A DNA stretch of 64,000 bases from Hypanus sabinus (Eukaryota). The notes under the pieces were generated by a model. It was not told the DNA's origin and did not search any database. It saw only the letters and a program-made list of their open reading frames with translations. The DNA is taken from assembly GCF_030144855.1 (NCBI RefSeq), contig NC_082718.1, positions 23,312,001-23,376,000 of the forward strand. Reading direction: 5' to 3'. The translations under genes were made by a program, and so were the position numbers. Shown one piece after another: positions 52,208 to 64,000 of this stretch (the first letter of the stretch is position 1; each line of letters starts with the position of its first letter).

Positions 52208-52468
52208 AATTTTTTTTAGCATGTCGCACCAGACAATCAGCCATTCTTATCTGGTGCGTGGTGTCAGGATTGGTCTCCTTTTGGATTAACCAGGTCACGA
52301 TATAAACGTTCCTGACTCGATCCTTTTTTTTAATGAGGCCGAGTGGCTAGCTCGACACTCAACCTGGCACGGATGGAAAGCTTGCTCGGGGATGGCCCGA
52401 CTTGGATTCGAACTCAGGAGCCTCCGCTCCGGAGTCCGGCGCTGATCCCATTGTGCCACCAGCCGGCC
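52208..52468 (-). mobile_element. Young tRNA-derived SINE (non-V family) with TSD
   Basis: A box TGGCACAATGG, B box GAGTTCGAATCC, A-rich tail. TATCTTTA at 52200-52207 and 52469-52476. Confidence 0.82.
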
Positions 52469-52553
52469 TATCTTTAGATAAAGATTAGCTAAATAATTTT
52501 TTTTGAGAAGTCAGAGGATCTAATCTGTGGGCATGCTATTTAATAGAACTTTA

Positions 52554-55500
52554 GACAATAGACAGTAGGTGCAGGAGTAGGCTATTCAGCCCTTCTAGCC
52601 AGCACCGCCATTCACTGTGATCATGGCTGATCATACACAATCAGCACCCCGTTCCTGCCCTCTCCCCATATCCCTTGACCCCACTATCTATAAGAGCTCT
52701 ATCTAACTCTATCTTGAATACATCCAGAGACTTGGCCTCCATTGTGTTCTGGGGCAAAGCTTTCCATATATCCACCACTCTCTGGGTGAAAAAGTTTTTC
52801 CGCATCTCTGTTCTAAATGGCCTACCCCTTATTCTTAAACTGTGGTCTCTAGTTCTGGACTCACCCATCAGCGGGAACATGCTTCCTGCCTCCAGTGTGT
52901 CCAATCCCTTAATAATCTTATATGTTTCAATCTGATCCCCTCTCATCCTTCTAAATTCCAGTGTATACAAGCCCAGTCGCTCCAATCTTTCAACATATGA
53001 CAGTCCCACCATTCCAGGAATTAACCTTGTGAAACTACGCTGCACTCCCTCAATAGCAAGAATGTCCTTCCTCAAATTTGGAGACCAAAACTGCACACAA
53101 AACTCCAGGTGTGGTCTCACCAGGGCCCTGTACAGCTGCAGAAGGACCTCTTTACTCCTGTACTCAATTCCTGTACTCAATTTATAACAATTCAATTGTT
53201 ATAAAAGCCAGCATGCCATTAGCTTTCTTCACTGCCTGCTGTACCTGCATGCTTGCTTTCATTGACTGATGTACAAGAACACTTAGATCTCATTGTACTT
53301 CCCCTTTTCCTAACTTGACTCCATTTAGATAGTAATCTGTCTTCCTGTTCTTGCCACCAAAGTGGATAACCTCACATTTATCCACATTAAACTGCATCTG
53401 CCATATATTTGCCCACTCACCCAACCTGTCCAAGTCACCCTGCATTCTCATAACATCCTCCTGACATTTCACACTGCCACCCAGCTTTGTGTCATCAGCA
53501 AATTTGCTAATGTTGCTTTTAATCCCTTCATCTAAATCATTACTGTATATCGTAAACAGCTGCAGTACCAGCACCGAATCTCGCGGTACCCCACTGGTCA
53601 CAGCCTGCCATTCCGAAAGGGACCCGTTAATCACTACTCTTTGTTTCCTGTCAGCCAGCCAATTTTCAATCCATGTCAGTACTCTGCCCCCAATACCATG
53701 TGCCCTAATTTTGTCCACTAATCTCCTATGTGGGACTTCATCAAAAGCTTTCTGGAAGTCCAGGTACACTACATCCACTCCCTTGTCCATTTTCATAGTT
53801 ACATCCTCAAAAAACTCCAGAAGATTAGTCAAGCATGATTTTCCCTTCATAAATCCATCCTGACTCGGACTGATCCTTCTCCTAATATCCCAATGTGTCA
53901 TAATTTCTTCTTTTATAATTGACTCCAGCATCTTTCCCACCACTGACATCAGGCTAACCGGTCTATAATTCCCTGTTTTCTCTCTCCCTCCTTTCTTGAA
54001 AAGTGGGACAACATTAGCCACCCTCCAATCAGCAGGAACTGTTCCTGAATCTGTAGAACATTGGAAAATGATTACCAATGCATCCACAATTTCTAGAGCC
54101 TCCTCTTTAAGTACCCTGAGATGCAGACCATCAGTCCCGGGGACTTATCAGCCTTCAGACTCAACAGTCTATCCAACACCATTTCTTGCCTAATATAAAT
54201 TTCCTTCAGTTCATCCTTTACCCTAGTTCCTTTGGCCACTGTTACATCTGGGAGATTGTTTGTGTCTTCCCTGGTGAAGACAGATCCAAAGTACCTGTTT
54301 AACTCATCTGCCATTTCCTTGTTCCCCATAATAAATTCACCCGTTTCTGTCTTCAATGGCCCGATTTTGGTCTTAACTATTTTTTTGCTATTCACATACC
54401 TAAAGAAGCTTTTACTATCCTCCTTTATATTCTAGGCTAGTTTACCTTCATACCTCATTTTTTCTTGGCGTATTGCCTTTTTTGTTATCTTCTTTTGCTC
54501 TTTAAAAGCTTCCCAGTCCTCCGGTTTCCCACTCATCTTTGCTATGTTATACTTCTCTTTTATTTTTATACTGCCCTTTACTTCCCTCGTCAGCCACGGC
54601 CGCCCCTTACTCCCTTAGGATCTTTCTTCCTCTTTGGAACGAACCGATCCTGCACCTTCTGCATTATTCCCAGAAATACCTGCCATTTTTGTTCCACTGT
54701 CTTCCCTGCTAGGGTATTGTTCCATTAAACTTTGGCCAGCCTCTCCCTCATAGCTCCATAGTTCCCTTTGTTCAACTGTAATACTGACACATCCGATTTT
54801 CCCTTCTCAAATTGTAGGTTAAAACATATCATATTATGGTCACTACCTCCTAATGGTTCCTTTACCTCGAGGTCCCTGATCAAATCTGGTTCATTGCACA
54901 ACACTAAATCTAGAATTGCCTTCTGCCTGGTAGGCTCAAGTACAAGCTGTTCTAAGAATCCATCTCGGAGGCACTCCACAAATTCCCTTTCTTGGGATCC
55001 AGTACCATTCTGATTCTCCCAGTCTACCTGCATGTTGAAATCCCCCATGACAACTGTATCATTACCTTTGCAACATGCCAATTTTAACTCTTTATTCAGC
55101 TTACACCCTACATCCAAACTGCTGTTTGGGGGCCTGTAGATAACTCCCATTAGGGTCTTTCTACCCTTAGAATTCCTCAGTTCTATCCATACTGACTCTA
55201 TATCCCCAGATTCTATGTCCCCCCCTCGCAATGGACTGAATATCCACACCATCCTTAAATCTTGCCTGTTGCCGCAGAAACCCCTTTCCGTACCTCTTAC
55301 TGTGGAGTCCCCTACTACCATGGCTCTTCCTGATGTCTGACTCCTTGGCTCTGCTCTGCACCAATTTTCGGCTCACAGACCTGTCCACCTCTCAGACTGG
55401 CAGTATCTTCTGTCCTGACAGCTTCCAAGAAGGTGAACCTGTTTACAAGAGGTACATCCCCTGGGGTCTCCTGTACATCAAGCATCCTTTCCTTCCTCAT

Positions 55501-55867
55501 TGTCACCCCCTTTCTCTCTTCCGGTATCCTCGGTGTAATGACCTCTGTAGCTCCTGTCCAGAAAACCCTCGTTTTCGAGGATAAACCTGAGGTCATGCAG
55601 TTCTTTCTTCAGTGCTGCAACATGCTCCTTCAGAAGCTGAATCTGGACACACTTTCCACAGCTGTAGCAGCCGGGTGCACCATCAGTGTCCCTGACCTCC
55701 CACATCATGCACGTAGCACACTGAATCAGCTTAGCGGTCATGTCTTCACCCTCTGCAATTGTGCCTGGCGTAGTCTCCTCGCCGAAGACTCTCGAGCCAA
55801 AGACTAGCACTTTTCACACCAGGCACTTCCCTCGACCAGGCCGCTTCCCAACAGGGAATCAATAGAG
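52554..55867 (-). mobile_element. CR1 LINE retaining both ends, with 10-bp TSD and internal deletion
   Basis: ORF1 Cys-rich/coiled-coil region (CATC...CGKC) and VVGDS esterase start, endonuclease (VMGDFN, SDHN), RT (YLDFQKAFD, FADDTK). TAGAACTTTA at 52544-52553 and 55868-55877. Confidence 0.93.
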
Positions 55868-56267
55868 TAGAACTTTACAACAGAATCAAAGCTGTTGAAT
55901 AGTTAGTGCATTTGTGGGAGCCTGAGAGACTTTAGAGCTACATATAGCAGTTTCCTTAAGAGTCTTTGCTTCTCTGCTAAAACTATATCAACAGATTCTT
56001 AAAGTAAGCATTAAAATATGATGGACTGTGTCAGTCAGCAATAAAATGAGTCATTCTGGATGTACTATGAAAACTTAGAGACATGAGTGTTTTGACATCT
56101 TTTTACTGGGAAAAGAAAGAAAATGGGGACTTAAGCGTAAATAAGTATCATGGACAACCAGTGATGTATAAAGACAAAGAGGATGAAGATTAGCTTTATT
56201 TGTCACATGTACATTGAAGCATTGAAACACACATTGAAATATGTCGCTTACATCAACGACCATCTAA

Positions 56268-56696
56268 AGGCTGATTTATACTTGTGCGTACGGGCTATGC
56301 TGTAGCCTACGCCGTACCCCTGATTTTCACTTCTGTGTCGCGAACATGCGTTGTGTGCGCCAAAACTAGTTGGCGATGGAGTTTCTATGCCACTGTGTTG
56401 AGTTTCTTCATGAGAGACATGGACGAGGAAATGCATTTCAAACATTTTCGCGTGTCGGCAGGTAGATTTGACAATTTGGTTAATCTATTTCGCATTGGTG
56501 TATAGACACGGTGGAGAAGAAGCAACCAGAAATGTGTAGGAGGAAATGAGATGCTATCAAGCAGACCAATCACAGTTGTTGCGGTCTGCGTTGCCACGAC
56601 ATGTGAGTTACTTTTTAGGGGAGGTGCATGCCACCCTACAGTGTAGGGTACACGGTACCTACAGCGTAGATGCGAAGCACAAGTATAAATCAGCCT
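56268..56696 (+). mobile_element. PIF/Harbinger non-autonomous DNA transposon
   Basis: Perfect 20-bp TIR AGGCTGATTTATACTTGTGC, TAA on both flanks, and internal remnant MRDMDEEMHFKHFRVSAGRFDNLV. Confidence 0.9.
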
Positions 56697-57255
56697 TAAC
56701 GCTGTGCTGAAGGCAGCTTGCATGTGTTGCCATGCTTCCAGCGCTAAGATAGCATGAATCAAGATGTGTGAAATATTCAATCATTTGTGAAGAGGGCAGG
56801 ACTACTTTTCATGGCCAGTAATATTCTTGAGGTGGAAGACTGCGCATGAACATTTTGAGGGAGGGAAAATGATTTGACTGACGGAGAACAGCAGCAAGGT
56901 ATATTGCATATTCACTAATGGTAGCTCTGCAGAAAGTTCAACAAATTTCATTTGCAGAGGTAGCTCGGAAATGGAAAGAGTGCTTCAACTTGCAGCCATT
57001 TAATATGGTTAATCAGAGAGCTATAAATTTGACACACAAAATCAGAAAATGGGAGTAAATGTGAATGATTACATTGTCACAGTGAAAAACAATCAAGGCA
57101 TTGCAGCTTTGCAGATTTTTTAGATTGTATTTTGAGTGACAGACTTGTGTGAGATTTCCAGGGTGGTCAGTTTTGCCTTAGGGTGTAATTGAATGTTGAT
57201 CATCAAAATAAAATGTAATTAAAAATGTGCTGTCCAGATTAATGTATGAATAGCA

Positions 57256-57340
57256 CAGTGGTTCCCAATCTTTTTTTTAATATGTCATGGACCCCAACCA
57301 TTAACTGAGGGGTCCGTGGACCCCAGGTTGGGAGCCTCTA
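57256..57340. mobile_element. Possible tiny hAT/Charlie-type MITE
   Basis: CAGTGGTTCCCAA ... GGTTGGGAGCCTCT termini. No clean 8-bp TSD. Confidence 0.45.
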
Positions 57341-57611
57341 GCTGTAGAGAAAGATTTCACTGTTACAAGTACGAAAATTGCTAAAGTGATTCAGAAAGGT
57401 GTGTTGTTGAAGTGAGTATGTGAAAGAATTCTACAAGAATTGTCAAGTGTCCAAAGTAAGTCTTATAGTCTAACATCGAAGGAAGAATGAAATGATGGCA
57501 GCTGAAACACTAGCAATAACTAGAGGCAAAGAAGAGTAGTCTCAATTAAATGCAGTACTGAGAATCTCCAGTCCAGTAAACAAATATAAAAATCAACAAT
57601 GGGGCCTCAGC

Positions 57612-57800
57612 AACACACACAAAATGCGGGACGAACTCAGCAGGCCAGGTAGTATCTATGGGAAAAAGTACAGTTGACATTTCAGGCTGAGAGCCTTATG
57701 TCAGCTGTACTTTTTGCCATAGATGCTGCTTGGCCTGCTGTTCCTCCAGCATTTTGTGTGTGTTGCTTGGACTTCCAGCATCTGCAGATTTTCTCTTGTT
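57612..57800. repeat. Inverted pair of Penelope-like terminal repeats (fold-back)
   Basis: CAACACACACAAAATGC...AAAAAGTACAGTTGACAT and its reverse complement ATGTCAGCTGTACTTTTT...GCATTTTGTGTGTGTTG. Confidence 0.85.
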
Positions 57801-57902
57801 TGTAATGGGACCTCAGTGAAGTATTCTGAAATGTTTCACCTGAAAAGGAGTTGAGTATGTTTTGGAAATATGATTAAAATTGTCCATGTTTGATCAAATC
57901 AT

Positions 57903-60900
57903 CAGAACCAGAATCAGAATAACAATCATGTTTAATATCACTGGCATATGTCATGAAATTGATTGTTTTGATGCACAGTACTTTGCAATATAGAATAATA
58001 CTGGACAGCAATTTTTTTTTCAAAAGTATTTCTTCCTCAGATATTTTTGTGGTTATGATAGACTACTTGAAGCTGAACACTAATATAATTTGACTACTCG
58101 TATCACATAGGACTTTGGATAAACAAGAAATTAATTGTTTTTGAATATAATGTGTTTATTTGCATAGTGGTGCTGATGCTTTGCTATAGTTCAACTAAGA
58201 TTAAAATGTTTTTTTGATTATGTTTCTTTGCACTCAACATCTGAGGCACTTCACTAAATGTCCAACAATAATCAGCCTGGATTGATAGATTCTCCATGGC
58301 TGCAGTGTCCTGGTGAAACCTTTCACCATGTTCGTCAAAGACTGCACCAGGATTTGCAGGGAAGAAGTCTTAAATAGGAATGCAAAAAATGAATCTTCAG
58401 CGACATGTTGCACTTCCATGATTTTGTACGCTTGAATCATGTTGTCAACCAGCTGCATGTAGTTTGGTGTTCTGGAGTTGCCAAGAAAATTTTCAACAAT
58501 GTCCTTGAACACCTTCCACGAACTTTTCTTTGGTCCCACTAGTTCTTTGAATTTCTTGTCATTGATGATTTGTGGACCAACAATAATACCTTCCTTAATC
58601 TTGACATCAGTTATTCTGGGAAACATCTGCTCAAATATCAAAATTATTCACAGAAATTTTTCTGCCTGGTAACAGCCTATTCCATCCTTGCAGTCTTGAA
58701 CCTAGTAATTTTGCTTTTGCCTTTGACCAAAATCTCTGACCAGGCAATTTAAGTCAGATTGAGTTATCAATTGAGGCCCACTTGACATAAAAAGTGCAAT
58801 ATCTGTAACAGTTTTTGTCTTTTAACATTCCTGGTTTGTGCATCATGGCATCTTCATCTGTTTCTTCTAGAATCAGTGTCTCTGTTGGCTTTAGAACTGG
58901 AAGACTATGGTCATGTAGCACAAGTCTCATGGCTGAAGGAAAATTGGGGTATTCAATGGATTTATTGTTTTTAGCAGAGAAACCAGACACACTGGTCAGA
59001 CAGAAGTAGCAGTCTGTCACATGATTTTTCTGCTCTCGCCTTATCATTGGGACAGCGAACAGCATTAACTTCCTAATACCTCTGAGCCAGACTTTAAGAT
59101 TGACTGCACATGTTGCACAACAAATGTCAGGAACCCTGGCTTTGTCTTGGTTGCCAACACCCAAAGGAGAGCTCACAGGCTTTCTTAATAAGTGGAGTTG
59201 TCCTCTGTCTTGGAGATTTAAGCATATGCTCACCGAAAATATACAAGTATTGTGGCTGTTGCAACATTGGTGAGACGGTTTGCTATCACAAATGCTCCTG
59301 AAAATACAAATACCTTACTATAGAAAGTACACGCCATATACTATTTGTCTAGAGCTTGCTCATCATTGTGATTGCAAACCATGTACGTATAAATACAATG
59401 CATGGAATGGTGTGTGCATGATACTTTTATAGCCTTTCTAAAACCTGTCCTGCCTTGCAGCATCCACCCTGCCTAAGCATGACCAAGCGTACCTGAAAAA
59501 GATAGAAAACTTTTCAGCTTACACTATGGACAATGTTTTAATTGATTCAAAATAACAAATATACGCAATTTCAAAAAAATGGTCCATGGTAGGGAAATTT
59601 CATGGTAATTTTCATGATCAGGAGCCCAATATCCATAAGAAACACCCAGAAGTATTCAGGAAGTAAAATCTTCAATGTCCAGTGTAATAAAAAAAACTGT
59701 AAATTGCAATAAGAAATAAATATATATATTTCGCAAAAACAGCAAGAAAAAGAAAAAAAATCTATAGTGAGGTAGTGTTCATTGTCCATTCAGAAATCTG
59801 TTGGCAGAGTGGAAGAAGCTCTTCGTGAATCATTGAGTGTGTATCTTTAGGCTCCCGTGCTTCCTCACTGATGATAGTAATGAGAAGAAGGCATGATCTG
59901 GCTGAAGGGAGCCTTAATGATGGATACCACCTTTTTGTATATGTCCTCAATGGTGGGGAGGCCAGTGCTCATGATGCAGCTGGCTAAGATTACAACTTTC
60001 TGTAGCATTTTCTAATCCTGGACAGTGGCCTCTCCATGCCAAAGGATGATGGAACCAGTTAGAATGCTTTCCATGGTACATCTGTAGAAATTTGCTAGAG
60101 TCTTTGATGACATTCTAGATCTCCTCAAACCCCTAATGAAATATAGCCACTATCCGTGCCTTCTTTATAGTTGTATCAATATGCTGGACCCAGGATAGGT
60201 TTTCAGAGATGTTGATACACAGGAAATTGAAACTGCTCACCCTTTCCACTGCTGATCCCTCGATGAGGATTTGTATGTGTTCCCTTGACTTACCCTTCCT
60301 GAAGTACACAATTCAATTCCTTGGTCTTACTGACTTTGAGTGCAAAGTTGTTGTTGCGACACCACTCAACCAGCTGATCTGTCTGGCTCCTGAATGCCTC
60401 CTTGTCACTGTGTGCTCCAACAATAATTGTGTCATCTTCAAATTTATAGATGGCATTTGAGCTGTCCCTCGCTACACAGTCATGGGTGTAGAACGAATAG
60501 AGAGGTGAGCTAAGCACACCTCCTTGGGATGCACCAGTGTTGATTGTCAGAGAGGAGGAGATGTTATTTCCAATCCACACAGACTCTGGTCTCCCAGTGA
60601 GGAAGTTAAAGATAAAGTTGCAGAGGGAAGTACAGAGGTCCAGGTTTTGGAGCTTGTTGATTAGATCTGTTGAACAGCAGCTTGATGTACAGTAGTTATT
60701 GCTATTGTCCAGGTGATCCAAGACTGAGTGGTGAGTGAAATTACATCCACTGTTGACTTATTGTGGTGACAGGAAAATTCAGCATGTCCAGATCCTTGCT
60801 CAGGCAGGAATTGATTCTAGTCAGGACCAACCTCTCAAAGCGCTTAATCACTATAGATGTTAGTACATCTGGGCAATTATTGTTGAGGTAGCTCATTCTG

Positions 60901-62550
60901 CTCTTGGACACTGGTATGATTATTGCTCTTTTAAAGCAGGTGGGAACCTCTGACTGTAGCAGTGAGATTGAAGATTTCCTTGAACACACTCGCCATCTGT
61001 TTAGTATAGTTTTTCAATCCCCTAGTATCAGGGCCTGAGGCCTCTTGAAAGATATTCTGACATTGGCCTCCAAGACAGTGGTCACACAGTTACTAGATGC
61101 AGTAGGGATTTACAGAGGTGAGTTTTATTCTCCCTTTCAAAGCCTACGTAAAAGGCATTGAGCTCAACTGAGAATGAAGCATCACAGCCATTCATGATGT
61201 TAGCTTTCGCTTTGTAAGAAATAATGGCCAGCACACCCTGCTTGGCGTGTATTCAATTCCCTCTCTAACTTCAATCGGAATAGTTTTTTTTCCCTCTCTT
61301 AAAATAGCCTTCTTTCGGTCAAAACTGAACTTTTGCATAGTTCTGGATCACCAGTCTTGAATGCCACAGATCTAGCTGTCAGAAGATTATGTATCTCCTG
61401 GTTCATCCACAGCTTTTGGTTTGGGTATGCCCAATATGTTTTTGAAGGCGTATACTCATCCACATAGGTCTTGATGAAGTCGGTGACAACTGTAGCATAT
61501 TCATTCAGATTCGAAGATGAGTCCCTGAATATTGTTCCTGAATATTGACTCAGAGCAGTCCTGGAAGTGCTCCTCTGCCTCCCTTGACTGGTATCTTATT
61601 TTTCCTCACCACTGGTGCTGCAGTCTTTAGTCTCTGCCTAAACACTGGAAATAGAAGGACATCCAGGTGATCAGACGTGTAAGCATTGGGTGGTACAGTA
61701 ATTGTTCTTGATGATGGCATAACAGTGTTCAAGTATGTTGGCTTCTCTGGTTCCACAGCTAATATGTTGGTGATAGTTGTTCAGACTTATTCAAGCTTGC
61801 CTAGTTGAAATTGACCACAACAATATGGAAGACATATGGGTGTGCCGTTTCGTAACTGCTGATCATGGTACTCTGCTCCTCCAGTGCATGCCTGATGTTG
61901 GCCTTAGGTGGAATGTACACCGCTGCCACATTGATGGCAGAAAACTCCCTCGACAGATAAAATGGACACCATTTGACTGCTAGCTGTTTCAGATATGGTG
62001 AGCAGGACTGAGACAGAACTGCCTTGTCTGTGCACTATGATGCATGCTCCATCTCTTCTGTCTTTAAAAGACTCTGTCTTGACTTTGTGGAGAATAGTGA
62101 AGCCATCGGGCTGTGTCCAAAATGGCAGAGGTGAGCCATGTTTCAATGAACCAAAGTACACAGCTGTTCCTGATGCCCCTCTAGTACTGCCATCTTCCTC
62201 TGAGGTCAATTTTATTTCCAGAGACTGTACATTCACCAGCAGGAAAGTTGGGAGTGGGGGGGGGGGGGGGGGGGTGGCCTCAGGCTTCTGTGTTTCGGTC
62301 ATACCTGCGGACCGGCTCATCTTCCATGCATCCATTTTTTAAGGGGGAACTGGACTCACAACCCAAGTCTGCAGTCCAAAATCAGCTGATATCACTAGAT
62401 TTGAGTAACAATATGTTTCTTAAATGTCTTAAAATGAAGTTACTTACTGAAGTACGAATGTCTGTGACTGGATTTCAGTTGTAGTAGTCCTGAACTGGAA
62501 TATTTTATGAATCTACTTGGAGGTGTTGCCATTTATCGCTGCCATCATAC
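57903..62550 (-). mobile_element. Near full-length decayed Rex1/Babar-type LINE, 3' UTR interrupted by Chapaev3
   Basis: Endonuclease start LPTFLLVNVQSLEIK, RT motifs (TGASQGGVLSSPLYSFYTHD, KFEDDT), and AGAATCAGA tail at about 57905. Confidence 0.85.
57999..59684 (-). mobile_element. Chapaev3 (CMC superfamily) DNA transposon, deleted and decayed
   Basis: TAA|TACTGGACA ... TGTCCAGTG|TAA. Transposase motifs FAVPMIRREQKNHVTDCYFC, YPNFPSAMR, KIKEGIIVGPQI and NFLGN. Confidence 0.85.
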
Positions 62551-63449
62551 CACTAGTTTCGCATTTTCAAGTATATTTGATGATGAAACTGTTGTTGGTG
62601 TCAATATGGATGGCACTTGTGATATGCAGCAATGTTTGGTGGGCAGCTTATAATAGTACTAGATGTACTTTTTCTGAACTACGATCACTGCAATCCACAG
62701 CCTGTAACTTCCCTGTAAGGACTGTACCTTTGAAATATCTAAATGAACTATTGATTTTACGATCTCCTGAAGGACTTGGTGAACTCGACTTTCAGGAATG
62801 CAGGTACAACACCTTGAAGTGCATGAAGGTTGTTTAATGCCAATGAGAGGTTGGAAGAGATGGCCAGGTTAAATATCAAGTCAGTGTCAAGGCTCGAGGG
62901 AAGAAAACGAACCGGTATTCAGCCAGACTACTCTGTGCCAGCCAGGATCCCCCACCTGAGCTAGTCATGTATGTCTGCATTTGACCTGTCGTCTTGTCTT
63001 TTTGACAGTACCCCCTGGCAGAACGTGCAGGAATCTTGGACATCACACCTTGAGCTTCAGGAACAGTTGTTGCCTACAAGCATTTGGTTCCTGGATTGGC
63101 ATAGATGGCTTCACTTGCATCAGCTCTGAACTGACTCCATAGCTGTAGACTCACTTTCAGGGTTTTTGCTTTAGTTATATATAGTGGTTCATGGATTCTG
63201 AAAATCTGTGGGTGCCTGCAAGAAAATTAATCTCAAGGTTGTATATGGTATATATACTGTGATAATGAAGTTATTTGAACTTTGAACTTTAGAAGGGTTC
63301 TGGTGAGTCAAGCCAAACGTTTGCAGGTTCACCAATTCAGGGAACTTTTACAACATTGGAGACAAGTGCATAGCTGATTTGGATGAACAAACTAGATACA
63401 GGAGACTGTAGATGCTGAATCTAGAGCAAAAACAAAACTATTTTCTGGA

Positions 63450-64000
63450 CAAGACTATCAGTAAGCTTCAAGATATTGGCTTCAATACCTCATTGTGCAA
63501 TTCAGTCCTTGATTTCTTGCTGTTAGGATTGGCAACAACATCTCCACAATTGCCATCAGCTCGAGTGCTCAGCTCCCTGCTCTTACACTTATGACTGTGT
63601 GGCTAAGCACAGATCCAGTGCTATTTTCAAGTTTGCTGACAACACCACTGTTGCTGGCCAATTCAAAGGTGGTCATAAATCAGCGTATAAGAGCGAGATT
63701 GAAAATTTGGTAGAGTGGTGCAACAACAACATCCTCTCACTCAGTGTTAGGAAAACCAAGGAGCTGCTTATTGACTTCAGGAAGAGGAAACCAGAGATCT
63801 ATGCACTAGCCCTTGTCAGAGGTAGAGAGGATCAGCGACTTTAAATTCCTCGGTGATAGTATTTTGGAGGACTTGACCTGAGTGTAACACATAAGTTCAA
63901 TTACGAAGAAAGCATGGCAGCGCCTCTACTTCCTTAGAAGTTTGTGAAGATTCTGCATGAAATTTAAAACCTTGGTGAATTTCTATGGTCGTGTAATGGG
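63450..64000 (+). mobile_element. Rex1/Babar-type LINE RT fragment (runs off window)
   Basis: IFKFADNTTV...EWCNNNILSLSVRKTKELLIDFRK. Confidence 0.82.

Noticed and set aside
52395-52468. Possible functional tRNA-Arg gene
   Set aside because: Stems pair poorly, and it continues into a SINE body with A-tail and TSD.
52641-55321. Active autonomous LINE
   Set aside because: ORF2 is broken into several frames and the endonuclease N-terminus is deleted.
62256-62274. Poly-G run / poly-Pro ORF as a functional motif
   Set aside because: Homopolymer expansion inside a decayed LINE, with length unreliable.

Overview
Repeat-rich vertebrate genomic DNA. The repeat families (CR1, Rex/Babar, Penelope, V-SINE) suggest a cartilaginous fish, probably a ray, but this is inference. 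The window holds the conserved KIN-ATP5F1C-TAF3 gene block. KIN (KIN17) coding exon 1 is on the minus strand, head-to-head with a complete ATP5F1C gene (mitochondrial ATP synthase gamma, about 292 aa) across a ~460-bp bidirectional promoter with two divergent ZNF143/THAP11-type motifs. TAF3 exon 1 follows in a CpG island, and its intron 1 appears to run past the window end. Nearly all remaining ORFs are transposon remnants or noise. Four observations stand out. (1) A 37-nt cassette exon in ATP5F1C with an upstream TGCATG (Rbfox) motif matches the mammalian heart/liver gamma-subunit switch, but adds Ser-Phe instead of Asp. (2) The commonest short repeat is the end of a Penelope-like element, and its consensus is a minimal type I hammerhead ribozyme, often in inverted pairs. 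(3) Several DNA transposons have traceable termini and target-site duplications (TSDs): Tigger4-like, MER82-like, Harbinger and Chapaev3, some candidates for horizontal transfer. (4) A TSD-bounded CR1 retains both ends but has an internal deletion. No CRISPR array, rRNA or true tRNA gene was found, and I cannot support a wholly new biological system. LINE and SINE boundaries are approximate unless a TSD is given.
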